Positions 28,848-37,505 of a stretch of DNA of 47,935 bases are shown here, piece by piece. The notes below the pieces were generated by a model, which saw nothing but the letters and a program-made list of their open reading frames with translations, made no database searches and had not been told where the DNA came from. Positions within the stretch are counted from its first letter, which is position 1. Each line of letters begins with the position of its first letter. The DNA comes from a virus: the UHGV virus genome UHGV-0184477; one strand, written 5' to 3'. Both the position numbers and the translations under genes were made by a program.

Positions 28848-29215
28848 TGGCACTGACCAAAAAACAGCGCGCAGAGCTGCGCATGAAGTTTGGCGGGCGC
28901 TGCGCTTACTGTGGCTGCGAGCTTAGCGACAAATGGCACGCTGACCACGTTCAGCCTGTTATCCGATTCGATGGGAAAATGCTTCATCAGGAGCGAGACG
29001 ACATCAACAACATGGTTCCTGCATGTCATCCGTGCAATCTGCACAAGCACTGCAATAGCTTGGAGGACTATCGCCGAATTATCGACGATGGGCGCAGAGA
29101 GTTCCTGGTGTCCGGGAAAGGAAAGGCGCTGGTTCGCATGGGGTTGGTTGAAATGAAATCTGACCCGGTAGTGTTCTGGTTCGAAAAGTATCAGGCAGAA
29201 GGAGCCAACCAATGA
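28844..29215 (+). CDS. HNH endonuclease (123 aa)
   Basis: CAYCGCEL...HADHVQP...PACHPCNLHKH HNH/Zn-finger motifs. Located upstream of the terminase genes, as is common. Confidence 0.8.
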   Translation: MMALTKKQRAELRMKFGGRCAYCGCELSDKWHADHVQPVIRFDGKMLHQERDDINNMVPACHPCNLHKHCNSLEDYRRIIDDGRREFLVSGKGKALVRMGLVEMKSDPVVFWFEKYQAEGANQ

Positions 29216-29643
29216 CCAGCAAATTTAGCATCGACAACAGAGAGCTGCTTCAGAGAATCAGTAGCGGCGAGGCTGTTGTGGGAATTGATTTTGGTAATCT
29301 AATCGTCAGGGAGCTGGCGGCATTCAGGCTGGCCGCAATGGACAGCGAGGCTAAAGAGCCCATTAGTTTTGACGAATGGTCACGCAAATGCGCTTTGCAA
29401 ATCACGCTTTGCTACCCTGATTTTCGAGAAAAGGCTCAGTACATCTGGGATTCAGCGCGCGAAACACAGCACGTAGCTCAGCCAGCGCCGGTAGTGCCGG
29501 AGGAAATTACAGCAGAACAAGCATATGAAATAGGTGATTACCACGGAGACCCTGTAGACGTGTTTGCGCGTGGGGCCAACTGGATGCGCCAGCATATCAT
29601 CAACTCCACATTAGCAGCCTCCCCACAGGAGGACAAACCATGA
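29212..29643 (+). CDS. Hypothetical protein (143 aa)
   Basis: ATGA coupling on both sides. Confidence 0.4.
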   Translation: MTSKFSIDNRELLQRISSGEAVVGIDFGNLIVRELAAFRLAAMDSEAKEPISFDEWSRKCALQITLCYPDFREKAQYIWDSARETQHVAQPAPVVPEEITAEQAYEIGDYHGDPVDVFARGANWMRQHIINSTLAASPQEDKP

Positions 29644-29732
29644 AGCCATACATCATCCGCAGGATTATTGCCGTATCACTGCTGGCATTCTGGATTGCTG
29701 TTGCGCTGACCGTCTGGTTTATCGTGAGGTGA
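29640..29732 (+). CDS. Small hydrophobic peptide (30 aa), not in the ORF track
   Basis: MKPYIIRRIIAVSLLAFWIAVALTVWFIVR. ATGA overlap with the upstream gene. Confidence 0.3.
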   Translation: MKPYIIRRIIAVSLLAFWIAVALTVWFIVR

Positions 29733-29735
29733 TTT

Positions 29736-29894
29736 ATGCTGTGGAGCGACATTCAGGCTGCATGCGAAGAGGCTGATTTTCTGTATGAGGAGACTGGTAA
29801 GCATCATGCTGTCATTCAGGTTGGCAGTATGATGCTGGTGATTGAGCATAACAGCATGCTTCGGCATATGTACTCAACGACGAGGTATCAGTGA
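29736..29894 (+). CDS. Small ORF (52 aa), not in the ORF track
   Basis: GTGAGGTGA Shine-Dalgarno sequence 4 nt before the ATG at 29736. Its stop overlaps the next start. Confidence 0.3.
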   Translation: MLWSDIQAACEEADFLYEETGKHHAVIQVGSMMLVIEHNSMLRHMYSTTRYQ

Positions 29895-30088
29895 TGCCGA
29901 AAAAATCAAAGCAGGAGGTGTGGAAATCCGCTCAGCTTGAGGGTGTCGACCACTTCATAGCGGCAATCGCCAAAGCCTTTCCTGATGCGATTGAGGTGGT
30001 TCACGTTCAAAGCAATAACTGTAATGTTTGGTGTTATGCGAAAACTGATGTACAATCATCTCATCAATCATCACCCACCACCCTTTAA
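29891..30088 (+). CDS. Hypothetical protein (65 aa)
   Basis: ATGA coupling. Followed by a terminator. Confidence 0.4.
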   Translation: MMPKKSKQEVWKSAQLEGVDHFIAAIAKAFPDAIEVVHVQSNNCNVWCYAKTDVQSSHQSSPTTL

Positions 30089-30111
30089 CCCGCTTCGGCG
30101 GGTTCTTTTTT
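30087..30111 (+). terminator. Rho-independent terminator ending the rightward early region
   Basis: AACCCGCTTCGGCGGGTT hairpin plus TCTTTTTT. A motif-like ATCTACGCCATG sequence follows at 30113. Confidence 0.7.
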
Positions 30112-30168
30112 ATCTACGCCATGTGGTAAGATATGTCCTATGTGAGTTACTCAAAGGACACATATAAA

Positions 30169-30612
30169 ATGGCAAATCCGAACCCTAAGCACAAATTTTC
30201 ATCCAGCAATCAGCCACCACCAAGAGGAAAAAGCTACAGAACAGTGCTTCTTGAAGCATTACGTGCTGCAAATACGCCGATGAATGAGATTGAATTCGTC
30301 ACGTACTACATCAACAAAGCGATGACATGCGAAGACGCTCAGGCTACCGGCATGCTACGTGAGATATTCCTGCGGCTAAACCCGATTCCAAAGCCTGTAG
30401 CACCACCTGTGGAATTTGATTTCCCTGCTGATGGCACGCCTGTTCAAAAAATGGATGCGATTATCAAGGGCGTCTCTACTGGCGTTGTGCCAGCAGACAT
30501 CGGAAAGATGATGGCAGACATTCTGAAGGCCGGGCTTGATATCGAAGAAGTCACCGAACTTGCTGCAAGGCTTGAGCGACTGGAGAAGTTACTGGAGCAG
30601 CAGAATGTTTAA
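30169..30612 (+). CDS. Putative terminase small subunit (147 aa)
   Basis: Immediately upstream of terL. Basic N-terminus and a coiled-coil C-terminus (LAARLERLEKLLEQQ). Start refined to MANPNPKHK. Confidence 0.45.
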   Translation: MANPNPKHKFSSSNQPPPRGKSYRTVLLEALRAANTPMNEIEFVTYYINKAMTCEDAQATGMLREIFLRLNPIPKPVAPPVEFDFPADGTPVQKMDAIIKGVSTGVVPADIGKMMADILKAGLDIEEVTELAARLERLEKLLEQQNV

Positions 30613-30760
30613 ACTATCAATGTCACTAATGGCCTGTGCCATGCTCATGTTTGCTATGGGTGATAAGTCAAACGAGATTGCATTTGCGATATGGGGCATC
30701 ATGTTCATGATGTCAGCAACAATAATTACTATTGTGGGAACATCCCGCCATGGCTCGTAA
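30605..30760 (+). CDS. Small two-TM membrane protein (51 aa) overlapping the terS/terL junction
   Basis: ATG inside the TerS stop region (ATGTTTAA). MFKLSMSLMACAMLMFAMG...IWGIMFMMSATIITIVG. Confidence 0.35.
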   Translation: MFKLSMSLMACAMLMFAMGDKSNEIAFAIWGIMFMMSATIITIVGTSRHGS

Positions 30761-32174
30761 GCGCCTCTCCGCACTGGCAATCGAAAAGCTGGAAGAAGCG
30801 GTTGGTAACTCCATAGGGAAGCCTGACTCTGCTGTTTTCGGTATTGTCGATAAGCTACTTGATGACGGTACGCCAAATGTTATCAAGCGACTTAAAATGA
30901 CTCAGGATGGCGTATCAGAGACAACTGAAGAGCCAACAATCCTCATTCCTGAACGTATGGAGCTTTTGCTTTATCCGCGCCGGTTTAAGGTCTTCTATGG
31001 CGGAAGGGGCAGCGGCAAAACGGCTAACGTCGTTTCCTATCTTATCGAAAAGGCAAGATTCAGAAATTGCAGGGTTGGCTGCTTCCGGGAAATTCAGAAC
31101 TCAATCAAGCAATCAAGCTACACAGAGCTCGTTGATGAAATTAACAGAAAGGGACATGCGCATGAATACAGGTGCGTAGATGGCGAGATAACACACTACG
31201 GCACGCGGTCAAAGTTCGTGTTCCGGGGCATGTGGCGCAACATCACGGCCATTAAAGGGATGGCTGGGCTTACCGATGTGTTCTGCGAGGAGTCGGAGAA
31301 CATTAGTCAGGTATCATGGGATACACTCATCCCTACAGTTCGCGCCTCTGGATCTGAAATTATTATTGTTTTTAACCCAAATCGGGAAACCGATCCCACG
31401 TGGACAAACTTTGTTGAGCCGTATGTGGATAAGATGGTTGATGGGATATATCAGGATGATGATATTGTCGTTGTGAACGTTAACTACATCCATAACCCCT
31501 GGTTTACCGAGGAACTTAAACAGCACATGAACCAGATGAAGGCTGTTGATTATGACCGCTATCTGTGGGTTTATGAGGGGTTATTTAACCGGCGTTCAGA
31601 TGAAGCTGTTCTTGGGGGTAAATGGCAGACTCTTGATTTTGAGCCGTCGCCAGATTGGGGCGGGCCTTACTATGGTATTGACTTTGGTTTCTCACAGGAT
31701 GCCACGGCAGCAACTGAATCTTATGTCGAGGATTTGGGCGGCGGAAGAAGAAACCTGTATATCTACCGCGACTTTGCAAAGGTTGGTCTTGAGATAACTG
31801 ATACGCCAGAGGCTATGCGACTGGCATTCCCGGGTTCAGAAAAATACAGATGGTATGGCGACTGCGCAAGGCCAGAAACAATAAGCCATATAAAGCGCTC
31901 AGGATTTGATATCCATCCGTGCGCAAAGTGGCCGGGCAGCATTGAGGACGGAATCACATGGCTCAGGGGTTGTGACAGGATTTTTGTTCACGAAAGATGT
32001 AAGACTGTCATTGAGGAGTTTACTCTTTACAGCTACAAAGTGGACAAGCTCACGGGAAATATACTTCCTGATATCATCGACAAGTACAACCACGCCACAG
32101 ATAGTTTGCGCTATGGCCTTGGCGATCACATTGTGCAGCGTGGTTCTGGATGGATTAGACGGAGCAGAAGATAA
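30750..32174 (+). CDS. Terminase large subunit (474 aa)
   Basis: Walker A FYGGRGSGKT, an ATPase core and a C-terminal RNaseH-like nuclease region. Start refined to the ATG at 30750, because the track start is a TTG. Confidence 0.9.
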   Translation: MARKRLSALAIEKLEEAVGNSIGKPDSAVFGIVDKLLDDGTPNVIKRLKMTQDGVSETTEEPTILIPERMELLLYPRRFKVFYGGRGSGKTANVVSYLIEKARFRNCRVGCFREIQNSIKQSSYTELVDEINRKGHAHEYRCVDGEITHYGTRSKFVFRGMWRNITAIKGMAGLTDVFCEESENISQVSWDTLIPTVRASGSEIIIVFNPNRETDPTWTNFVEPYVDKMVDGIYQDDDIVVVNVNYIHNPWFTEELKQHMNQMKAVDYDRYLWVYEGLFNRRSDEAVLGGKWQTLDFEPSPDWGGPYYGIDFGFSQDATAATESYVEDLGGGRRNLYIYRDFAKVGLEITDTPEAMRLAFPGSEKYRWYGDCARPETISHIKRSGFDIHPCAKWPGSIEDGITWLRGCDRIFVHERCKTVIEEFTLYSYKVDKLTGNILPDIIDKYNHATDSLRYGLGDHIVQRGSGWIRRSRR

Positions 32175-32202
32175 GAAGTCTCCCTCATGAGAGGGAGTTT
32201 TA
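32175..32202. terminator. Bidirectional rho-independent terminator
   Basis: GAAGTCTCCCTCATGAGAGGGAGTTTTAT. Confidence 0.75.
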
Positions 32203-32394
32203 TCAGTGTGGTACTGAGTGTTCAGGTAATTGAGGTATTGGCATTTGACCTACTGGTGTTTTTTCACACCTGACACACTGGTAGCACCAGTAAGGCTGCC
32301 CATCACGAAAACGATACCAGTCTTTTGTCTCTCCGCATCTTGTGCATGTGTAAAATCTACTTTTGTTGTCAGAAAAAACCATTTTACGTCCCAT
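32203..32394 (-). CDS. Small Zn-ribbon protein (63 aa), antisense to the late genes
   Basis: CTRCGE...CYQCVRCE four-Cys pattern. AAGGGA Shine-Dalgarno sequence. It has its own leftward promoter. Confidence 0.5.
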   Translation of the reverse strand: MGRKMVFSDNKSRFYTCTRCGETKDWYRFRDGQPYWCYQCVRCEKTPVGQMPIPQLPEHSVPH

Positions 32395-32439
32395 ATCCCT
32401 TTCCTTATAGCCGCATTACCTCTCCGCCTCAATAACCAC

Positions 32440-32468
32440 AATCTACATCAACCACGAATCCACGTCAA
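32440..32468 (-). promoter_or_regulatory. Leftward promoter TTGACG-17-TAGATT, plus an upstream second motif copy
   Basis: Minus strand: TTGACG (32468-32463), a 17-nt spacer, then TAGATT (32445-32440). A plus-strand TATAAT lies at 32473-32478. Confidence 0.45.
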
Positions 32469-32481
32469 CATTTATAATAAA

Positions 32482-32772
32482 TTATTTATAAAGCCAGCAA
32501 TGAATCCCTGCATTGCGCATGGCGGCATAAATCACATCATCAGACACGACCGCCATTGCCACCCTGTCAGCGTCAATCTGCTGGTGCGAAGCCATGATGT
32601 CATCATAGAAAACATCGTTAGCATGCAGCCACTCATACGCATGCTTCGCCCTCATAATCAGCACATCATGCCCGGCAGAGTAGAGTGACTTAGCCAGCGC
32701 AACGTTACCAGCAATAGCATTTCCTTCCGCATCACACAGCACACCATCAAGCTCGAAAATGACACATTTCAT
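32482..32772 (-). CDS. Mini HAD-motif protein (96 aa)
   Basis: MKCVIFELDGVL resembles HAD motif I with Glu in the nucleophile position. VVSDDV resembles motif IV. Too short for a full HAD fold. Confidence 0.4.
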   Translation of the reverse strand: MKCVIFELDGVLCDAEGNAIAGNVALAKSLYSAGHDVLIMRAKHAYEWLHANDVFYDDIMASHQQIDADRVAMAVVSDDVIYAAMRNAGIHCWLYK

Positions 32773-32798
32773 AAGATTTCTCCGAGAGGTTTCATTTT

Positions 32799-32839
32799 AA
32801 TCTACGCCATGCTAGAATCTACGTCAAGGCGCATTGACA
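32799..32839. promoter_or_regulatory. Divergent promoter region: leftward TTGACG-17-TAGATT and rightward TTGACA
   Basis: Minus strand: TTGACG (32827-32822), a 17-nt spacer starting TAGATTC, then TAGATT (32804-32799). A second motif ATCTACGCCATG lies at 32801-32812. Plus-strand TTGACA at 32834-32839. Confidence 0.45.
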
Positions 32840-32860
32840 TAACTACATCACAGGGGCACC

Positions 32861-33157
32861 ATGAAGGCATACTCATCTTTTTCGTGGGAGCAGAAGGAAA
32901 AAATATACTCACTCGCAAGAGCTGGTGTTTCTGATGAGGCGCTGTGCGAAAGGTACGATGTTGATGAGGCCATTCTGCTGCGCATGTATGATGAGGTGCT
33001 GTGTGAGTTACAGCGACGCCGGGGATACAGTGGGCTGAAGACGATTAATGATTTCTTTCGGAATGTTGAGATAAATAGCGGTGAAGGTGATGATAAAGAA
33101 AAAGCTGCAAATGAAGATGCGCAAAGCTGCAATGGAGAAGTACACGAAAAAAATTGA
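32861..33157 (+). CDS. Hypothetical protein with possible HTH (98 aa)
   Basis: IYSLARAGVSDEALCERYDVDEAIL is an HTH-like segment. Acidic C-terminus. Confidence 0.4.
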   Translation: MKAYSSFSWEQKEKIYSLARAGVSDEALCERYDVDEAILLRMYDEVLCELQRRRGYSGLKTINDFFRNVEINSGEGDDKEKAANEDAQSCNGEVHEKN

Positions 33158-33497
33158 TATTAGCTTTATTGATGGCGTCGGCATGTACAATCACGCCTGC
33201 CATCTGAATGCAGTGAATCGCGCAAGGGTAGGAAACAGCGCCGCCGTTGTCGAGGTTGTTATGATTAATGATGACTCAGTGACAGCGCATTACATCAACA
33301 TGCAGGCAGATGGTAAATTTGTTGATTACACACTTGGATGGCACTGGTCTGGAGCTGACTACCGGTTTGTGAGATACGTTCCTTTCACTGAATGGAGTGA
33401 TATAACCAGTTCGCTTGAGCGTCTCAAGGCAGAACTTTGCAAGCCAGTCAGCAAATGGATGCGCGCCTTTATGTTAACTAATAACGAAATGTGTTGA
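33090..33497 (+). CDS. Hypothetical protein (~135 aa; start uncertain)
   Basis: ORF in a different frame that overlaps the previous gene. Several candidate ATGs between 33090 and 33132. Confidence 0.35.
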   Translation: MIKKKLQMKMRKAAMEKYTKKIDISFIDGVGMYNHACHLNAVNRARVGNSAAVVEVVMINDDSVTAHYINMQADGKFVDYTLGWHWSGADYRFVRYVPFTEWSDITSSLERLKAELCKPVSKWMRAFMLTNNEMC

Positions 33498-33505
33498 GGT
33501 GATTT

Positions 33506-33685
33506 ATGATTATTGAAGGTCATACAAAATTAGATGTGTGCAATCTAATAATTAATGGGAGACTGTCAGATGAGCATGATTTGATGTTGTGTCAATTCCA
33601 CGATACTGTAATCATCGACAAACATCAGGCCGCGCAGCTTATCGAAGTCCTGCAACGCTGGGTTGATGGCGAGGAGATTGAGTGA
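33506..33685 (+). CDS. Small protein (59 aa), not in the ORF track
   Basis: GAGGTGA Shine-Dalgarno sequence 4 nt before the ATG. MIIEGHTKLDVCNLIINGRLSDEHDLMLCQFHD.... Its stop overlaps the next start. Confidence 0.35.
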   Translation: MIIEGHTKLDVCNLIINGRLSDEHDLMLCQFHDTVIIDKHQAAQLIEVLQRWVDGEEIE

Positions 33686-33981
33686 TGAGCGAATACCTCT
33701 GGTGGTGCGGGCTGGTTGCCAATATCGCTGTGGCGATGTTTGCCCTGCTTGTTGTTGGGGTGTGGTTTATTTTTCCGGCAGTAGAAGCTATAAGCATGGT
33801 TAGATACTACAAGGCAATCGCCAGGGAATATCCTGATGTTAAGCTGAAAGGATTTTTTCGCATGTTTGCTGGCTGCTATGAGCCTTTCGGCCGCAGCTTC
33901 GAAAGTATGAGATGTGCTTATGGCTATTGGGATGGCGTTGGAAAGTGGCGCGTTTATAATAACGAGGATAGCGACAAATGA
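33685..33981 (+). CDS. Membrane protein (98 aa)
   Basis: N-terminal TM segment WWCGLVANIAVAMFALLVVGVWFIF. Confidence 0.45.
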   Translation: MSEYLWWCGLVANIAVAMFALLVVGVWFIFPAVEAISMVRYYKAIAREYPDVKLKGFFRMFAGCYEPFGRSFESMRCAYGYWDGVGKWRVYNNEDSDK

Positions 33982-34175
33982 GCATTTACTTTTATCATGG
34001 ACACATTGAGGAACCAGCATCTGGGCGTAATGTTGGCAACTTCTGCGGAACTGTAACTGCCTCTGATGCCATAAGGGGATTTGATGCTGCTTACGACAAG
34101 CAAGTTCAATACATTAACTCAAAAGGCGGAAGAGGATATTCTGTTATTTTTGATAAATTCGAAAAGGTGGAGTGA
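33978..34175 (+). CDS. Hypothetical protein (65 aa)
   Basis: ATGA coupling with the previous gene. Confidence 0.4.
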   Translation: MSIYFYHGHIEEPASGRNVGNFCGTVTASDAIRGFDAAYDKQVQYINSKGGRGYSVIFDKFEKVE

Positions 34176-34396
34176 TGAAAGCTGTCAAAACAATCCTGTT
34201 CTGCATCATCAATCCGCACCTGATTGTGATGCTGGTATTCGCTGCCATGCTTCTTGGCGCAAGAAAGTCGCTTTATTACCTTTCCGACAAGCTGGATGAT
34301 GCTGCGCGTTACATTCAGAATGTTGACTATAAACTCGGTGCGAAGTCATACCCCGCATGGTTCAGATCGCTTGTTGATGATGGGGTGAAGAAATGA
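34175..34396 (+). CDS. Membrane protein (73 aa)
   Basis: AAAAGGTGGAG Shine-Dalgarno sequence. TM segment ILFCIINPHLIVMLVFAAMLLGA. Confidence 0.45.
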   Translation: MKAVKTILFCIINPHLIVMLVFAAMLLGARKSLYYLSDKLDDAARYIQNVDYKLGAKSYPAWFRSLVDDGVKK

Positions 34397-34593
34397 AAAG
34401 ATTCCTTTTAGCGTGGGCCTTACTATTCTCGGTATTAATGGCGTGCCTTGCACTGGCCTTCCAGGTTGCATGGTTCATCAAGTGGCAACCACCAATGCTG
34501 AGCGATATCATGAATATCGGCGTGCTGCGCATTGCGTTGTTTATGTTGGTTGCGTCTATGGTTGGCGCATTGTTTCTTAGCAGGGTTGATTGA
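34393..34593 (+). CDS. Two-TM membrane protein, possible lipoprotein (66 aa)
   Basis: LLAWALLFSVLMAC-LALAF has a lipobox-like LMAC. A second TM segment is at IALFMLVASMVGALFL. Confidence 0.4.
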   Translation: MKRFLLAWALLFSVLMACLALAFQVAWFIKWQPPMLSDIMNIGVLRIALFMLVASMVGALFLSRVD

Positions 34594-34599
34594 GTGTGG

Positions 34600-34785
34600 A
34601 TGATGTCGTATTTCTTCCTGATATTCGTAATCACAAGCAATACTTCCAATATGCAGGTGGTGCCAATGCAAAGCATGGAGCAGTGCAGGGCGGCCGTTAC
34701 GGCGATGAAAATCGCTGAGGAAAAGCGGACGTGGCATGATGTAAGTCCAGATGTTGACAGTTTACAATGCGTTGAGGTGAAGTGA
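34600..34785 (+). CDS. Small protein with N-terminal hydrophobic/signal-like segment (61 aa)
   Basis: MMSYFFLIFVITSNTSNMQVVPMQS. Confidence 0.4.
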   Translation: MMSYFFLIFVITSNTSNMQVVPMQSMEQCRAAVTAMKIAEEKRTWHDVSPDVDSLQCVEVK

Positions 34786-34946
34786 TGCAACTATTCTGGT
34801 CTTTCTGGGTGCCATTTAATTTTCTCTTCTGGTGGTTCGCCGCCCTAAAGGTGAATAACCCTGGGTGGAGGCACGTAGTAGCGGGAACTGTTTTTGCATT
34901 TGTCACGGGGATGGTTCCGTTCCTGATATATCAGGCGATAAAATAA
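34785..34946 (+). CDS. Two-TM membrane protein (53 aa), not in the ORF track
   Basis: TGATG overlap with the previous gene. [21 protein letters not shown]...[18 protein letters not shown]. Confidence 0.4.
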   Translation: MQLFWSFWVPFNFLFWWFAALKVNNPGWRHVVAGTVFAFVTGMVPFLIYQAIK

Positions 34947-34960
34947 CACCCACACCATGC

Positions 34961-34991
34961 TATAATCCCATCCATGCGATGGGATTTTTTT
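34961..34991 (+). promoter_or_regulatory. TATAAT box plus strong hairpin/T-run immediately upstream of the portal gene (terminator or attenuator)
   Basis: TATAAT at 34961-34966. Hairpin AATCCCATCCATGCGATGGGATT followed by TTTTTT (34964-34991). The portal ATG is at 35003. Confidence 0.45.
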
Positions 34992-35002
34992 ATGGTGACG
35001 AA

Positions 35003-36445
35003 ATGTCAAAGTTAGAGGCGGTAAACGCCTATATTCAGCAGCGAGTGGCGAACAATAACAGACTCATCGAGCGGCAGCGCCGGGAGTTTGGCGGTGTAAA
35101 CATAGACCAAAAGCACACCCGACTATATGTCGAATGCGGCTACCCTGAAGAAATCACCGCTGAGATGTTCCGCTATGCTTATGAGCGCTATGCACCGGCA
35201 ACAGCTGGCGTCAATCGCGTGCTTGATAAGTGCTGGCAGACTCCGCCGCAAATCCTCGAAGAAGGCGCCGATGATAAGGCTAGCACCCCATGGGAGGAGG
35301 CCGCCAATAAGCTGTTTAAGCGCGCCGCGCCATTCATCAAGGATGCTGACCGCCGCAACCTCATCAACCGCTATTCCGGCCTCATCCTGCAAATCCGTGA
35401 TGGGAAGCAATGGAATGAGCCTGTAGACACCACGAAAACAAGACGCATCAAGGATGCTGCCATTGTCCGTTACATTCCCGTATGGGAAGAACAGCTTCGT
35501 GTTAGTGAGTGGGAGAATGACGAAGCCAGCGAGGACTATGGTCAGCCGAAGATGTACGAATATCAGGAGTCGGTAGTCGGCGCCTGCAACAGCGACGGAA
35601 AACCAACGCGCTCCCTGAGCATTCATCCAGATCGCATTATCGTATTTGCCGAGGGCGCGATGGATGGCTCCATTTACTCCGGCGTCCCGCTCCTGCGTGC
35701 CGGGTACAACCACCTCATCGACATGGCGAAAGTCACCGGCTCAAGCGCCGAGGGCTTTCTGAAAAATGCCAGTCGGCAGCTCAACGTTAATTATAATAAA
35801 GACAGCGTTTCCGCTCAGTCTCTGGCGCAGCAAATGGGTGTGCCGCTGGAAGAGCTGGCGGATGTGCTCAATGAGGATGTGGCGCGCCTGAACGAGGCGA
35901 TTGACGCTGCAATGTTCACGATGGGCGCTGATGTCAAAGTTCTCTCAGTGACGCCAGCGGACCCAAGCCCCACCTGGACTATTGCAGCCAATCAGTTTGC
36001 AGCATCCATCAAAAAGCCATTCACCATCCTGTTTGGTCAGCAAACTGGCCGCCTTGCATCCGATGAAGATAAAACCGACGACGCCATGAGCGCCAAGCAG
36101 CGCCGTGAGGACTGGCTGGACTACATCATCTCGGTATTCATCGACCGGATGATTTCCTTTGGCATTCTGGATAAGGCGCCAGAGAGCGGCTATTACTGCA
36201 AATGGGATGACCTGCTTGCACCTTCCGAGCTGAACAAGGCCGAGCTGCTGGTTAAACTTGCCACCGCAAATAAATCTGTATTCGATGCAGGCCAGATGGC
36301 CCTGATGACCGCTGATGAGATGCGCGGCATTGTTGGTATGGAACCTCTGGAAGAGCAGCTCCCTGACGGATTGCAGGAGGGTCAGCAGCAAGACCAGACA
36401 GACGACCAGCAGCAGGACCAGAGCGATGCGCCTCCTCAAAATTAA
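35003..36445 (+). CDS. Portal protein (480 aa)
   Basis: Size, position after terL, and an acidic Gln/Asp-rich C-terminal tail. Start refined to [10 protein letters not shown], which has a GGTGA Shine-Dalgarno sequence, because the track ORF begins upstream at a non-ATG codon. Confidence 0.8.
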   Translation: MSKLEAVNAYIQQRVANNNRLIERQRREFGGVNIDQKHTRLYVECGYPEEITAEMFRYAYERYAPATAGVNRVLDKCWQTPPQILEEGADDKASTPWEEAANKLFKRAAPFIKDADRRNLINRYSGLILQIRDGKQWNEPVDTTKTRRIKDAAIVRYIPVWEEQLRVSEWENDEASEDYGQPKMYEYQESVVGACNSDGKPTRSLSIHPDRIIVFAEGAMDGSIYSGVPLLRAGYNHLIDMAKVTGSSAEGFLKNASRQLNVNYNKDSVSAQSLAQQMGVPLEELADVLNEDVARLNEAIDAAMFTMGADVKVLSVTPADPSPTWTIAANQFAASIKKPFTILFGQQTGRLASDEDKTDDAMSAKQRREDWLDYIISVFIDRMISFGILDKAPESGYYCKWDDLLAPSELNKAELLVKLATANKSVFDAGQMALMTADEMRGIVGMEPLEEQLPDGLQEGQQQDQTDDQQQDQSDAPPQN

Positions 36446-37370
36446 TGCCCGGCTTCCGCAGCCAAAATTAAGCATGAGCCTGACAGACCCACTCGGCGCA
36501 GTGGGTCGCGTCAATAAGATGGTGCGCGATCTTGATGCCAGATATGTGACGCTAAAATCGCAGGTTTCCGAGCTGTTCCGCACCATTCCTGTGGCAACCG
36601 GCAATGCTGAGGCTGGAAATTATTATTATGATTTCTCTGCCTACCGCGCATCGACATTCTTTGATGAACTTCAGCGCATTCTTGATAATCAGCTGCTGGA
36701 GGGTGACGATTTCACGCACGGAAGATTGTGGGCATCATCCTATGTCAGCGACGCCATGTACGCCGGTACGCAGAAGGCTAACTCAGACCTGAGCGACCTG
36801 TCGTCGGCATACAAAGACAGCAGGCCGCTTGCTGAAATACTGTACTCTCAGCCGTATCTCGACCGACTTCAGCTTGCGTACACGCGCACGTATAACGATT
36901 GGGGTGGTCTTTCAGATTACACTCGGCAACAGGTGGCGGAAGTCATCACTGCTGGTATTGCAAATGGCGATGCCCCTGGAGTAGTTGAGCAAAGCATCGT
37001 TAACCGCATGGACGTATCAAGAAGCTATGCACGGTCAATCGCTCAAACTGAAATCACTAACACCCTGCGCGAAGCTAACAGGCGTGAAGTGAAAGAGGCG
37101 CAGATCACGCTGGGCATGGATACCATCATGCTCTGGCAGTCGGCGTTGATGAAGACCACCCGCGTTACTCATGCCGCTCGCCATGGTAAATATTATACCC
37201 CGGAAGAGATTGATGAGTTTTACAGCGAAGGGGCAAACCGCCGCAACTGTCACTGCGCACAGACTCCAGCGCTGGTGATGGATGGCAAGCCTGTGATGCT
37301 TGAGAAGACCCAGGAAAGGCTCGATAAGCAGCGAGAAGCATGGCAGGATACACACAAGAAAGCCGCCTGA
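36426..37370 (+). CDS. Head morphogenesis protein (Mu gpF / SPP1 gp7-like; 314 aa)
   Basis: Conserved minor-head region ([17 protein letters not shown]...[18 protein letters not shown]). Overlaps the portal stop. Confidence 0.7.
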   Translation: MRLLKINARLPQPKLSMSLTDPLGAVGRVNKMVRDLDARYVTLKSQVSELFRTIPVATGNAEAGNYYYDFSAYRASTFFDELQRILDNQLLEGDDFTHGRLWASSYVSDAMYAGTQKANSDLSDLSSAYKDSRPLAEILYSQPYLDRLQLAYTRTYNDWGGLSDYTRQQVAEVITAGIANGDAPGVVEQSIVNRMDVSRSYARSIAQTEITNTLREANRREVKEAQITLGMDTIMLWQSALMKTTRVTHAARHGKYYTPEEIDEFYSEGANRRNCHCAQTPALVMDGKPVMLEKTQERLDKQREAWQDTHKKAA

Positions 37371-37380
37371 TGGCGGCTTC
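37359..37380. terminator. Bidirectional hairpin terminator between the head-morphogenesis gene and the antisense operon
   Basis: AAGCCGCC-TGAT-GGCGGCTT, with a T-rich tract on the minus strand. Confidence 0.6.
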
Positions 37381-37382
37381 TG

Positions 37383-37505
37383 TTAACGCTTTTTAATGAA
37401 CCCGCCGCAACCGCACTTTGGGCACATCGTATATCGAATGCCTGGCTTTTCAATCCTGTCTCGGTTGTGATGTTCGTGCTTGCATGCCACGCAGATGATA
37501 ATCAT
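37383..37505 (-). CDS. Zn-ribbon micro-protein (40 aa), not in the ORF track
   Basis: MIIICVACKHEHHNRDRIEKPGIRYTMCPKCGCGGFIKKR. TAATG overlap with the upstream 302-aa gene. Confidence 0.4.
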   Translation of the reverse strand: MIIICVACKHEHHNRDRIEKPGIRYTMCPKCGCGGFIKKR

